64,000 nucleotides of DNA from Dehalococcoidia bacterium (GTDB taxonomy: Bacteria > Chloroflexota > Dehalococcoidia > Bin125): positions 2,848,001 to 2,912,000 of the forward strand of contig OY820591.1 of NCBI GenBank assembly GCA_963555985.3. The letters run 5' to 3'. Positions 28,797 to 39,409 of the stretch are shown in pieces. The notes beneath the pieces are model-generated. The model did not search any database, had not been told where the DNA came from, and saw nothing but the letters and a program-made list of their open reading frames with translations. The position numbers and the translations under genes are program-made. How positions within the stretch are numbered: the first letter of the stretch is position 1; each line of letters starts with the position of its first letter.

Positions 28797-28838
28797 GTGC
28801 CGTCAGTCTACCGCCGGCCTACTGCCGTTGCTGCGGTA

Positions 28839-29045
28839 AGAGCGTTTTGCGAACGTTCATCCCCGGCGTCATCGGCCTCGGAGCAGCGGATCGTGCGATG
28901 TGAGGTCGGTGCTACGACCAGATTGGGAGTGGTTTCACACTTGGTTGCTTCGAGATTCCCGCCTGCGCGGGAATGACGGAATTGGGGTTTTGCAACGGTC
29001 TCCCTGCGCGGGCATGACGGAGTTGGGAATTTTGCACGGGTCTCC
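28839..29045. mobile_element. Degenerate MITE (subfamily 2) plus an extra REP/TIR unit
   Basis: AGAGCGTTTTGCGAA...TTTTGCAACGGTCTCC (28839-29003); interior matches 41850-42016; followed by another GCGGGCATGACGG...TTTTGCACGGGTCTCC unit. Confidence 0.75.
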
Positions 29046-29073
29046 GGCCGCGGGTTCGCGTGTGCGTATTCCC

Positions 29074-30447
29074 TCATTCGGACAACTCCAGGGCTAGCAG
29101 ATCGTCGTAGGTTTGGCGACGGCGGATGAGGCGGGCTTTGCCCTCGTTGACCATTACGACTGCGGGCCGGAGTGAGAGGTTGTAGTTGCTCTCCATCGCG
29201 ATCTGGTAGGCGCCGCTGGCCGGGATCGCGATCAGGTCGCCCGGAGCGAGCGGCGGCAACTGCGCGTCGCGTACCAGCACATCGCCGCTCTCGCAGAATT
29301 TGCCCGCAACCGTGACAGTCTGGGTCGGTTCTTCGAGCATGTGCTCAGCGGCGGCGGCTTCGTAGCGGCTGTCGTACATGGCGGGGCGGATGTTGTCGGA
29401 CATGCCGCCGTCGACGGTCACGTAGTCGCGGGTGTCGGGGATGTGCTTGCGGCTAACAACGGTGTAGAGCGCGACGCCGGCGCGTCCGACGACCGAACGT
29501 CCCGGCTCGATGTGGACGTTCGGGACAGCGAGACCATGGGCGTCGCAAGCCGTGTGGAGCGCGTCGGCGATGCGGACGGCGTAGCGATCGGTCTCGGGCG
29601 CGAGTTGGTCGGCGGTGTAGGTCAGGGCCATGCCGCCGCCGGGGGAGAACTCGCGCCATTCGTAGCCGTGACGCTGCTTCATCTCTCGGGCGAATCCGGC
29701 GATTGTGGCGATGCCCTCGGCGTAGGGGTCAGTGTTGAAGAGGGGCGAGCCGAGGTGGATGTGCAAGCCGGTGAGATCGAGGAAGGGCGCTTCGAGTGCT
29801 CGCACCAGCGCGGCTTCGGCCTGTCCTGAGGGGAGGGGGAAGCCGAACTTGCTGTCGCGCAGACCGGTGGTGGTCTTGGCGTGGGTTTGAGCATCGACGC
29901 CTGGGGTGATGCGGAGCATCACGCGCTGGGTCTGGGCGCGCTCGCGGGTGAGCTCGTCAAGCAGGGCGAGTTCGTCGTCGTTGTCGAGGATGATCCGGCC
30001 GACGCGGCGCTCGAGCGCGTATTCGAGTTCGGCGCGGGTTTTGCCGTTGCCGTGGAAGCCGATCTGCCCAGGGTCCATGCCGCCGGCGAGGGCGACGTGG
30101 AGTTCACCGGCGGAGACCACATCGAGGCCGAAGCCTTCCTCGACGAGGATGCGCGTCAGCGCCGGACTGAGCCAGGCTTTGGAGGCGTAGTGAGCGCGCG
30201 CGCCGGGTAGCTGCGCGTCGTACTCACGCAGGTAGTCGCGGCAGGTCTGGCGGATCGTGTGTTCGTCGTAGATGTAGAGCGGGGTACCGAACTGCTCGGC
30301 CAGAGCGCGCATGGCGACGCCGCCGATCGAGAGCGCGCCGGATTGGTCAACCTCGGCGGTGAGGGGCAGAACGTCGCGCAGTCGTTGGGCGGGCGGGGTC
30401 ATCGGCGGGCTTTCCGGGGTGAGGGCGTGTTGGAGGGCGGGGATCAC
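29074..30447 (-). CDS. lysA: Diaminopimelate decarboxylase
   Basis: FGTPLYIYD, YASKA, DVVSAGEL, SKFG, H.HLGS, EPGRS and CESGD motifs; alternative start 30402. Confidence 0.96.
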   Translation of the reverse strand: MIPALQHALTPESPPMTPPAQRLRDVLPLTAEVDQSGALSIGGVAMRALAEQFGTPLYIYDEHTIRQTCRDYLREYDAQLPGARAHYASKAWLSPALTRILVEEGFGLDVVSAGELHVALAGGMDPGQIGFHGNGKTRAELEYALERRVGRIILDNDDELALLDELTRERAQTQRVMLRITPGVDAQTHAKTTTGLRDSKFGFPLPSGQAEAALVRALEAPFLDLTGLHIHLGSPLFNTDPYAEGIATIAGFAREMKQRHGYEWREFSPGGGMALTYTADQLAPETDRYAVRIADALHTACDAHGLAVPNVHIEPGRSVVGRAGVALYTVVSRKHIPDTRDYVTVDGGMSDNIRPAMYDSRYEAAAAEHMLEEPTQTVTVAGKFCESGDVLVRDAQLPPLAPGDLIAIPASGAYQIAMESNYNLSLRPAVVMVNEGKARLIRRRQTYDDLLALELSE

Positions 30448-31760
30448 GGCGATCCGCTTGGCAAGCGCAGAGCATCCTGGAACGGGGCTGCGTCCGTCAT
30501 TGGCCCCACTACGGCCAGGCGCAGCTCAGGCTCGCGGATGTATTGGTTGGCGAGGCGGGCGATGTCGTCTGGGGTGACGGCTTCGTAGGCGGCGTTGACC
30601 TCGTCGACTGAGATGACCTCATCGAACAGGAGGGCCTGACCGCCGTTCCAGGCGGAGACGGCGCGGGTGTCTTCGAGGCCCATCATCATCCGGCCGGAGG
30701 CGAAGCGGCGCGCGCGGTCGAGTTCGTCTTCGGAGACGCCCTCGCGCATCCGGCCCAGCTCGGTCAGGGCGGCTTGCAAGGCGTCCAGCGCGTTCTCAGG
30801 GTCGACGCCCAGGTAGATCTGGAGCGCGCCCGAGTCTCGCAACTGCGACTGATAAGCGTGCACGTCGTAGACGAGCCCCAGTTCCTCGCGCACCTTCACG
30901 AAGAGGCGCGAGCTCATGCCGTCGCCGAGGATGCTGGAGAGCAGACCGAAGGCGTAACGATCGGGGTGGCGTGCGGGCAGGGTTGGCAGGCCCAGGATTA
31001 GGTGGGCCTGCTCGGCGTCCTTGCTGCGCAGGGCGACGCGCGGGGCCTCCGCGTCGATCGGAGCTTCGCGCCACGGCTGCGGCTCTGCGGAGTTCCACTC
31101 GCGGGTCAGCTCGGTGATTTGCTCGGTCACCGTCTCGACATCGAGCGCGCCTGCGACTGAGACGAGCGCATTGCTCGGCGCGTATTGTCCGCGCCAGTAG
31201 TCGACGGTCGCGTCGTGGGGGATCGAACGCACCGACTCCGGGGTGCCGGCGATGTCGCGTCCTGCGGGCGTTCCGCGCCAGAGCAGGCTGTCGAGCAGCA
31301 GGCCGGCGAGCTGGCCGGGTGAGTCCTCGACTTGGGCCAGTTCTTCGAGGATGACTTGACGTTCCTTCTCCAGTTCGGACGGGTCGAAGAGGGGACGGCA
31401 GACCATATCGAGCACCACGTCGAGGGCGCTGTCGAGTTCTGCGGCGGGCGCTTTGGCGTAGTAGACGGTCAGTTCGCGGTCGGTGGCGGCGTTGATGATT
31501 CCGCCGACGCCTTCGATTGCCATCGAGATCTGGGACGCCTTGGGGCGCGCGGCCGAGCCTTTGAAGACGCAGTGCTCGACCAGATGGGAGACGCCGGCCA
31601 ATTCGTCGGCTTCGTAGCGCGCTCCGGCGCCGACGTAGAAGGAGACGGTCGCGGAGCGGGTGTGGGGCATTGGCGTCGCGAGGACGCGGAGGCCATTGTC
31701 GAGGGTGTGGAGCTGGGGGCTGAGGTCGCTTGCGGCGTTGGTCGCCGCCGGGGCGGGCAC
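30444..31760 (-). CDS. M16 family (pitrilysin-like) zinc peptidase
   Basis: GVSHLVEHCVFKG (HxxEH), ER.VILEE and GMSSRLF..VREELGLVY motifs. Confidence 0.94.
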   Translation of the reverse strand: MPAPAATNAASDLSPQLHTLDNGLRVLATPMPHTRSATVSFYVGAGARYEADELAGVSHLVEHCVFKGSAARPKASQISMAIEGVGGIINAATDRELTVYYAKAPAAELDSALDVVLDMVCRPLFDPSELEKERQVILEELAQVEDSPGQLAGLLLDSLLWRGTPAGRDIAGTPESVRSIPHDATVDYWRGQYAPSNALVSVAGALDVETVTEQITELTREWNSAEPQPWREAPIDAEAPRVALRSKDAEQAHLILGLPTLPARHPDRYAFGLLSSILGDGMSSRLFVKVREELGLVYDVHAYQSQLRDSGALQIYLGVDPENALDALQAALTELGRMREGVSEDELDRARRFASGRMMMGLEDTRAVSAWNGGQALLFDEVISVDEVNAAYEAVTPDDIARLANQYIREPELRLAVVGPMTDAAPFQDALRLPSGSP

Positions 31761-32479
31761 TACTCCGCGTTCCAGACCGAGTCGCCGCTGGCGGCGTCGC
31801 GCTTGATTGCGCCGGCCATCGCGCCGGAGACGAACTCGTCGACCGATGCGCCGATCGTGGTGTCGTCGCCGTGGCCGTTGAAGGTCATGGTGTTTGGCGG
31901 GAGGTGATAGAGCTGGGTGACGATCGAGCGGACTTCTTGCCAGACGGCTTCGTCGCTGCGGGTGTTGCCTGGGCCGCCCGGGAAGAGCGTGTCGCCGACG
32001 ACGCAGTAGGGATCGTCGGCGTCGGCGAGGTAGTAGGAGACAGAGCCGGTGGTATGTCCGGGGGTGTGCAGGACCTCGAAGGCGGAGCCGCCGAGCAGGA
32101 TCGTTTCGCCGCCCTGGAGGTGGATGTCGATGTCGAGGTCGGTTTCGAGCCAGGGGTGCAGCTCATCCGCCACTGTGTCGGAGGCGTGCATGTAGTAGGG
32201 GACGTTTGGTCCGAGGCGCTCGCGCAGTTCGTGGTAGGACTTGATGTGGTCGGGGTGGGAGTGGGTGAAGAGGACCATCTTGGGGGTGGCGCCGGAGTCT
32301 TCGAGACCGGCCATGACCAGTTCGTGCTGGGCGACGGCATCGATGATGGCGGCGTCGCCGGTGCCTTTGTCGACGAGCACGAAGGCGTTGTTCTCGAACG
32401 GCCCCCAGGACATCTGCATCACCACCACTCGATGCAGGACGCGCAGCACCCGCGACTCGGCGCGAATTTCCAGACTCAT
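31760..32479 (-). CDS. MBL-fold metallo-hydrolase (glyoxalase II-like)
   Basis: THSHPDH, HTPGHT, GDTLF and GHG motifs. Confidence 0.93.
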   Translation of the reverse strand: MSLEIRAESRVLRVLHRVVVMQMSWGPFENNAFVLVDKGTGDAAIIDAVAQHELVMAGLEDSGATPKMVLFTHSHPDHIKSYHELRERLGPNVPYYMHASDTVADELHPWLETDLDIDIHLQGGETILLGGSAFEVLHTPGHTTGSVSYYLADADDPYCVVGDTLFPGGPGNTRSDEAVWQEVRSIVTQLYHLPPNTMTFNGHGDDTTIGASVDEFVSGAMAGAIKRDAASGDSVWNAE

Positions 32480-32632
32480 GATCGCCTCTCCCGGTTTGAT
32501 GCCGCCGCCGGATTCGGCGCGCGACGGCTTGGGGGGCAGTCTATGTCAGTGGGGGTCGTGTGCGGGGGGAGAAGGTTTAAGGCACGGTAGGGACTGGGCG
32601 GTCGCGGTTCGCGGCCTGACGGGGGCTGTGAG

Positions 32633-32669
32633 AAAAAAAACGAGGGGGTCGCCGCTTGCGGTCGGGGGA
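32633..32669 (-). terminator. Possible intrinsic terminator for the 32670-33038 ORF
   Basis: Minus strand short CCGC-AA-GCGG hairpin followed by a T8 tract; spacing is imperfect. Confidence 0.35.
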
Positions 32670-33038
32670 TTACTGCGGCTCTTCCTCTTCTTCGAGGCTG
32701 TCGTCGTCGTCCGGCAGGGGCACGTCTTCGCCGCGCATGAAGGCGACGACTTCGTCGTAGATCTCGAACATCGGGTGGAGGTGGAAGTCCTTCTGCTGTT
32801 CAGGAGTGAGGGGGGCTTCGGGCAGTCTGGGGGAGTGGTTGGGTTGGGGTTTGGGGCGTGGCTCGGGATGGGGTTCGAGGTCGAGGGCGTGGTGGATCTC
32901 GCGGGTCTTGGCGTTGGAAGGGGAGAGTTCGCGGATGAGGAGGGCGAGCGCTTTGATGCGGACGTGTCCGGCTTCGTTGGAGTGGGCGATTTGGCCGACG
33001 CCGGTCATGCTGGACTGGTAGGTGTGGGGGAAGGGCAT
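32670..33038 (-). CDS. Hypothetical protein (122 aa; Pro-rich linker, acidic tail)
   Basis: AAGAAAGGAA RBS; upstream TTGCAA-N16-TATAAA; downstream T-tract. Confidence 0.6.
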   Translation of the reverse strand: MPFPHTYQSSMTGVGQIAHSNEAGHVRIKALALLIRELSPSNAKTREIHHALDLEPHPEPRPKPQPNHSPRLPEAPLTPEQQKDFHLHPMFEIYDEVVAFMRGEDVPLPDDDDSLEEEEEPQ

Positions 33039-33154
33039 GGGGTTGTTCCTTTCTTGGGAACCTGTGTTTTGGATAGGTGAGTTTATATGTTCTGATATTC
33101 GGCTTGCAAGTTGGTTGGGTGTGTTGCGGTTGTCGGAAGGTTGGGTGCTTGATG

Positions 33155-33500
33155 TGGCGTTTCACCCCCTCTGCCCCTCTGGGGCATCTCCCCCTTGAGG
33201 GGGAGAGGTTTCTTGGGGGAGGTGGGTTGGGGGTTGGGTGCTGGTCACGGCGAGATACCCGCGACGGAGCGCGGGTATGACGGAAGTAGGGTTGGGGTGC
33301 GGGGCGTTTGTGCTGGGTGTGGCGTTCTCACCCCCTCTGTCACTGCGTGACATCTCCCTCCCCGCCTGCGCGGGGACAGGCTCTCAAGGGGGAGATTTTT
33401 CTTGGGGGAGATTTTTTGGGAGAGGTGGGTTGGGTGCTGGTCACGGCGAGTGATCCCCGCCTGCGCGGGGACAGGCTCCGCGGCGGGGCGCGGGTAGGCG
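33155..33500. repeat. Duplicated composite REP-B plus REP-A cluster; contains an empty MITE target site
   Basis: Two units, each REP-B...GGTTGGGTGCTGGTCACGGCGAG. The second unit carries CCCCGCCTGCGCGGGGACAGGCTC modules inside both hairpins. Confidence 0.85.
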
Positions 33501-33507
33501 GGGCGGG

Positions 33508-33999
33508 CTAGAGGCGGCCCTCGGCGTATTGGTGGAGGAGGGCTCGGAGGTGGTTGATTTCTCCGGCGTGGTAGACGTCGTGGATGGCGACGGCGTCGAG
33601 CAGATCTCGGGTTTGCCATTGCTCGCCCCAGTAGGTGGGGCGGAGCTTGCGCAACTCCTCGTCGTCTTTGAGTTCGAGCACGGCTTCGATGGCCTGGATG
33701 TGGGCTTCTTCCAGCCATTCGAGCAGCAGCTCGAACGAGGCTTCGGCGACGATGGGTTCTCGATCCCAGGTGGTCCAGAAGGTGTGGGAGCGGTCGCCGA
33801 AGCCGTGGTTGACGTGCATCACCTTGACCGCGCCGCAGTGGAAGATCAGGTCGCGCATGGTGCGTCCGCCGCCTGGCACGACTTTGTCGAGATCATCGCC
33901 GGTGACGGAGGAGAGATTGGCAAGCAGCGAGTGCTCGGGCTTGATCCGGAAGGATTGTTCCAGTTGCCAGGTGAGATGTTCGAGGACGGTGCGTCCCAC
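33508..33999 (-). CDS. DinB family protein
   Basis: RTMRDLIFH and HDVYHAGEI (DinB His triad); GTG 33999 with upstream GGAG. Confidence 0.85.
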   Translation of the reverse strand: MGRTVLEHLTWQLEQSFRIKPEHSLLANLSSVTGDDLDKVVPGGGRTMRDLIFHCGAVKVMHVNHGFGDRSHTFWTTWDREPIVAEASFELLLEWLEEAHIQAIEAVLELKDDEELRKLRPTYWGEQWQTRDLLDAVAIHDVYHAGEINHLRALLHQYAEGRL

Positions 34000-34040
34000 G
34001 GTTGGCGAAACTCCGATTCGCTTGTCGTCGCTGGTGGCGC

Positions 34041-35918
<1,878 letters not shown>

Positions 35919-36029
35919 GATGCGGAAGGTCGTCGCTTTCGGCTCGGCTGGCCACTGGCGTATTCACGCTATCAGAGCGCCGCTAGTGCGAGCGGGCGGC
36001 GGGATTTCCCGCGAAACACTGGTGATCGT

Positions 36030-36079
36030 GGGTTTGGGCTGTTCGGTCTTGTTCGGGTTTGTTCGGTGATGTTTGGCTC
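36030..36079 (-). repeat. 10-bp tandem array
   Basis: Minus strand GAGCCAAACA TCACCGAACA AACCCGAACA AGACCGAACA GCCCAAACC. Confidence 0.8.
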
Positions 36080-36159
36080 TCGCCGGGCGGCCGGGTCCGA
36101 GCCTCGCCGACCAGGCAGTCGGATGGATTCCGGCCCCCGCCTACGCGGGGGCAGGCTGC

Positions 36160-36441
36160 GGAGACGTTTGTGAAATCCTCGATCTGGGCGTTTCGTCATT
36201 CTTGCGAACGCGGGGATCCACGTCTCACTCGATACGCTGGATGGATTCCCGCCTACGGAGGCCTTTGCAAATTGGCATTCCCGCTGCTCTCGTCATTCCA
36301 GCGAAAGCTGGAATCTCGCCCGACCAGATAGACCGAACTCCGAACGAGATTCCAGGTCAAGCCTGGAATGACGGAAATGGGGATTTTGCAAAGGCCTCCC
36401 TATGCGGGAATGACGGAAACGGGAGTTTTGCACAAGCCTCC
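36160..36441. mobile_element. Outer MITE (degenerate TIRs, CTGC target duplication) containing a nested MITE
   Basis: CTGC|GGAGACGTTTGTGAAA ... TTTTGCACAAGCCTCC|CTGC, inside a REP-C hairpin. Confidence 0.75.
36257..36399. mobile_element. MITE subfamily 1 (143 bp), nested
   Basis: Perfect 15-bp TIR GGAGGCCTTTGCAAA/TTTGCAAAGGCCTCC; flanks CTAC/CTAT; near-identical inverted copy at 50501-50642. Confidence 0.9.
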
Positions 36442-36577
36442 CTGCGCGGGAACGACGGAATTTGGGATTACGCGCACAGCTGGCCATGGGCCAGCTGCGA
36501 TTGTTCCGCATCAACTGCTTCTTTCGCTGCGCACTGTCAATTTTGAATGTCTCGCCTATCTGGGTAGACTGCGTGCC

Positions 36578-37060
36578 GTGTCTTCGTCAGAGTTCTCCCA
36601 GCGAGATTTTCCGTCGGCTTTCCAGCCTCTTCCAGCAGTCAGCCCGGACGCGCCGCATTGGGGCGAGCGTTTTGCTCGGGAGATGCCGTCGATGGAGCCG
36701 CCGTACTACGGGGTGAATGTGGCGGATGTGCGCCGGGAGCACTACGACGCGATCTTCCAGAACATCGAACAGCAGGTGCAGGGTGCGGAGCTCCTGTTCG
36801 GCGGCCGGCTGCACTTCTTCTCGGCGACGGACTACGGCGAGCTTCGGCGCGTGATGTTCATCCTCTACTTCGAGACCTTCCCTGACACAGAGACCATCCT
36901 TGACACACTGGGCGGACTAGGGCTCGACCGGGCCGACGACGTGACCCAGTTTCCCGACATCTGGACAGGGTCCGAGCTCTGGACGGAGTTCACACGCCTG
37001 GCGGAGGGCTACACGTGGTGGGTCATGCCTGCGCTGCCAGTGAACGAGCCCCCGCAGTAG
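36578..37060 (+). CDS. Hypothetical protein (about 160 aa), probably leaderless
   Basis: TTGAAT-N16-TAGACT lies 7 nt before the in-frame GTG; typical codon use after that point. The upstream part of the 36368 ORF is repeat DNA. Confidence 0.72.
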   Translation: MSSSEFSQRDFPSAFQPLPAVSPDAPHWGERFAREMPSMEPPYYGVNVADVRREHYDAIFQNIEQQVQGAELLFGGRLHFFSATDYGELRRVMFILYFETFPDTETILDTLGGLGLDRADDVTQFPDIWTGSELWTEFTRLAEGYTWWVMPALPVNEPPQ

Positions 37061-37200
37061 CCGACCCTTCTGGTTCTCTCCGTTGTTCTCGCTGCTCGGG
37101 TCTGCGGACGGGAGTGTGGGAATCCTGTATGATGTGAGTGCGCAGGGATGCGCCTGGCGTTATTTGGCGGGCGACCGCCCCGGACTGATCTGGCGGCCGT

Positions 37201-38232
37201 ATGGCCGCCATTTCGTATCTGCTGAATTGGGTCGCGGCGATGGCGACCATGGATCAAGGCAGCGGCGGCGAATGGTGGCGGACTGCGCTGGAGCGTGCGC
37301 TCGCGCCGGTGCAGCGGCTGCGGCGGGGAATTTTTCAGTCGCTCTCGACGCTGGAGCTTCTGCTGGGCGGGTTTGGCCTGGTTGCGGCGCTGGTCACGGC
37401 TGCGTTGTTGTCGCCGGTGCTGGGGTTGTTGCCGGGCGCGGCGGGGGAGTTCGTGCCGATTGGGGTGGCGATCTTGCTGTCGCCGATCGGGATCGGGGTG
37501 GCGCTGGGTCGGCGGGCTGAGGTGGAGCGCTTTGTCAACACCGTGCGCGGGCGCGTGGACGAGGTGACCTCAACGGTCGGCGTTGGACGCCGTCCGCCGC
37601 CGCAGGAGGCGATCCTCGACACCAGCGCGATCATCGACGGTCGGATCGGCGAAGTGGCGCTGACGGGTTTCATCCTGGCCGAACTGGTGGTGCCCCGCTT
37701 CGTGCTGGACGAGTTGCGCCGCGTCGCCGACAGCAGCGACCGGAACAAGCGTCAGCGCGGACGGGCGGGACTGGAGCTGCTGGCACGGTTGCAGGCGGAC
37801 GAGTCGGTGCCCACGGTGATCGAGGATCCGCCTGCGAACGAATCCGATGCCGAGGCTGACGATGTTGACGCTCGCCTGGTGCGGATGGCGCTGGATCGGG
37901 GCGCGGCACTGATCTCGACCGACTCGAATCTGATTCGGGTGGCGGCGCTGGAGGGCGTGCGCACGCTCAACCTCAACGCGCTCGCCAATGCAGTGAAGAC
38001 GAACGTGTTGCCGGGCGAACTCTTGCAGATCGAACTGCTTGAGCCCGGCAGGGATCCGGATCAGGCGGTGGGCTATCTGCCCGACGGGACGATGGTGGTC
38101 GTCGAAGAGGCCGCCGCGCTGGTGGGAGAGACGCGCAGCGTCGCGGTCAAACGTGTGATCCAGACCCAGGCGGGACGGCTGGTGTTCGCGCGTCTGGTGG
38201 ATGAGGCGATGGACATCGCGGAGGCGTCGTGA
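37201..38232 (+). CDS. PIN/TRAM domain membrane protein (YacL-like)
   Basis: ILDTSAIIDGRI, FVLDEL...ADS.D..KR.RGR.GL and Q.VGYL.DGTMVVVE motifs; start uncertain. Confidence 0.92.
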   Translation: MAAISYLLNWVAAMATMDQGSGGEWWRTALERALAPVQRLRRGIFQSLSTLELLLGGFGLVAALVTAALLSPVLGLLPGAAGEFVPIGVAILLSPIGIGVALGRRAEVERFVNTVRGRVDEVTSTVGVGRRPPPQEAILDTSAIIDGRIGEVALTGFILAELVVPRFVLDELRRVADSSDRNKRQRGRAGLELLARLQADESVPTVIEDPPANESDAEADDVDARLVRMALDRGAALISTDSNLIRVAALEGVRTLNLNALANAVKTNVLPGELLQIELLEPGRDPDQAVGYLPDGTMVVVEEAAALVGETRSVAVKRVIQTQAGRLVFARLVDEAMDIAEAS

Positions 38233-39395
38233 GCGTCGGCGCGATTGTGCTCGCGGCCGGTTCGAGCCGGCGCATGGGCGGCGGCGACAAACTGCTCGCG
38301 CCATTACTGGGCCGACCGGTGCTCGGCTGGACGCTGCGCGCGTTCGAGCGCTGCGACGCGGTGGATCAGCTCGTGGTGGTCACGTCGGCTGCAAATCGCG
38401 CGGAGATCGCGGATCTGTGTACGGGGATACAGAAGCTGCGGGCGCTCGTGCTCGGCGGGCGGGAGCGTCAGGATTCGGTCGCCAACGGTCTGGCGGCGCT
38501 GGCAAACGTAGAAATCGTCGCGATCCATGATGGGGCGCGGCCGCTGATCACGAGTGAGGCGATTGCGCGGGGAGTTGATTTGGCGCGTGAGTGCGGCGCG
38601 GCGATTGCCGGCGGTCCGGTCGCGGACACGATCAAGCTGGTGGACGAGGAGGAACGGATCGCGTCTACGCCGGATCGGTCTCGGCTTCGCGCCGCTGCCA
38701 CGCCGCAGATCTTTCGGCGCGAATTGCTGTTGCAGGCGCACGCAGCGGCGCGCCGGGACGGCGTGCTCGCCACCGACGATGCTGCGCTGGTGGAACAGAT
38801 CGGGGTTCCGGTGATTGTCTATGACAGCGGCGCGCCCAATCCCAAGATCACGACGCCGGATGATCTGACGGTTGCGGCGGCGTTGCTATCAGCACGCGAG
38901 GGGGTTGCGGGCACGATCCGCAGCGGGATTGGGATTGATACGCACCGCTTTGAATCGGGGCGGCCGCTGATCCTGGGCGGAGTGCAGATCCCCGGCCACG
39001 ACGGTCTGGCGGGGCATTCCGATGCGGACGCGCTCACGCACGCGATCATCGACGCGCTGCTGGGCGCTGCCGGTCTGGGCGATATCGGGGCGCATTTTGC
39101 GCCGGGCGATCCGGCCTGGGCGGGAGCGGACTCGATCGTGATGTTGGAGTTGGTCGTCGCCAAGCTGGCCGAGATTGGCGCAACGCCAACGTCGGTCGAT
39201 GCGACCGTGATCGCGGAGCGCCCTCGGCTGCGTCCGTGGATCGCGGCGATGCGCGAGCGTCTGGCTGTCCCGCTTGGGTTGAGCGTTGAGGCGGTGAATG
39301 TCAAGGCGACGACAGCCGAGGGCATGGGCGCGTTGGGGCGGGCAGAAGGGGTCGCCGTGCACGCGATCGCCAACGTCACGTATTCGAGAATCTGA
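38229..39395 (+). CDS. ispDF: Bifunctional IspD/IspF
   Basis: LAAGSSRRMG, GG.ERQDSV, HDGARP, TPQ.F and TDDA (IspD); G.DTHRF, GHSDAD, GDIG.HF and KATT.E (IspF). Confidence 0.96.
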   Translation: MSVGAIVLAAGSSRRMGGGDKLLAPLLGRPVLGWTLRAFERCDAVDQLVVVTSAANRAEIADLCTGIQKLRALVLGGRERQDSVANGLAALANVEIVAIHDGARPLITSEAIARGVDLARECGAAIAGGPVADTIKLVDEEERIASTPDRSRLRAAATPQIFRRELLLQAHAAARRDGVLATDDAALVEQIGVPVIVYDSGAPNPKITTPDDLTVAAALLSAREGVAGTIRSGIGIDTHRFESGRPLILGGVQIPGHDGLAGHSDADALTHAIIDALLGAAGLGDIGAHFAPGDPAWAGADSIVMLELVVAKLAEIGATPTSVDATVIAERPRLRPWIAAMRERLAVPLGLSVEAVNVKATTAEGMGALGRAEGVAVHAIANVTYSRI

Positions 39396-39409
39396 GTAGG
39401 CTGCATGGT

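Noticed and set aside
33080-33095. LexA box in the orphan ORF promoter
   Set aside because: Only one GAAC half-site is present; the other half does not match GTTC.
36365-36470. 42-bp periodic repeats as a possible CRISPR array
   Set aside because: There are no unique spacers and no cas genes; the periodicity is explained by stacked REP and TIR right ends from nested insertions.
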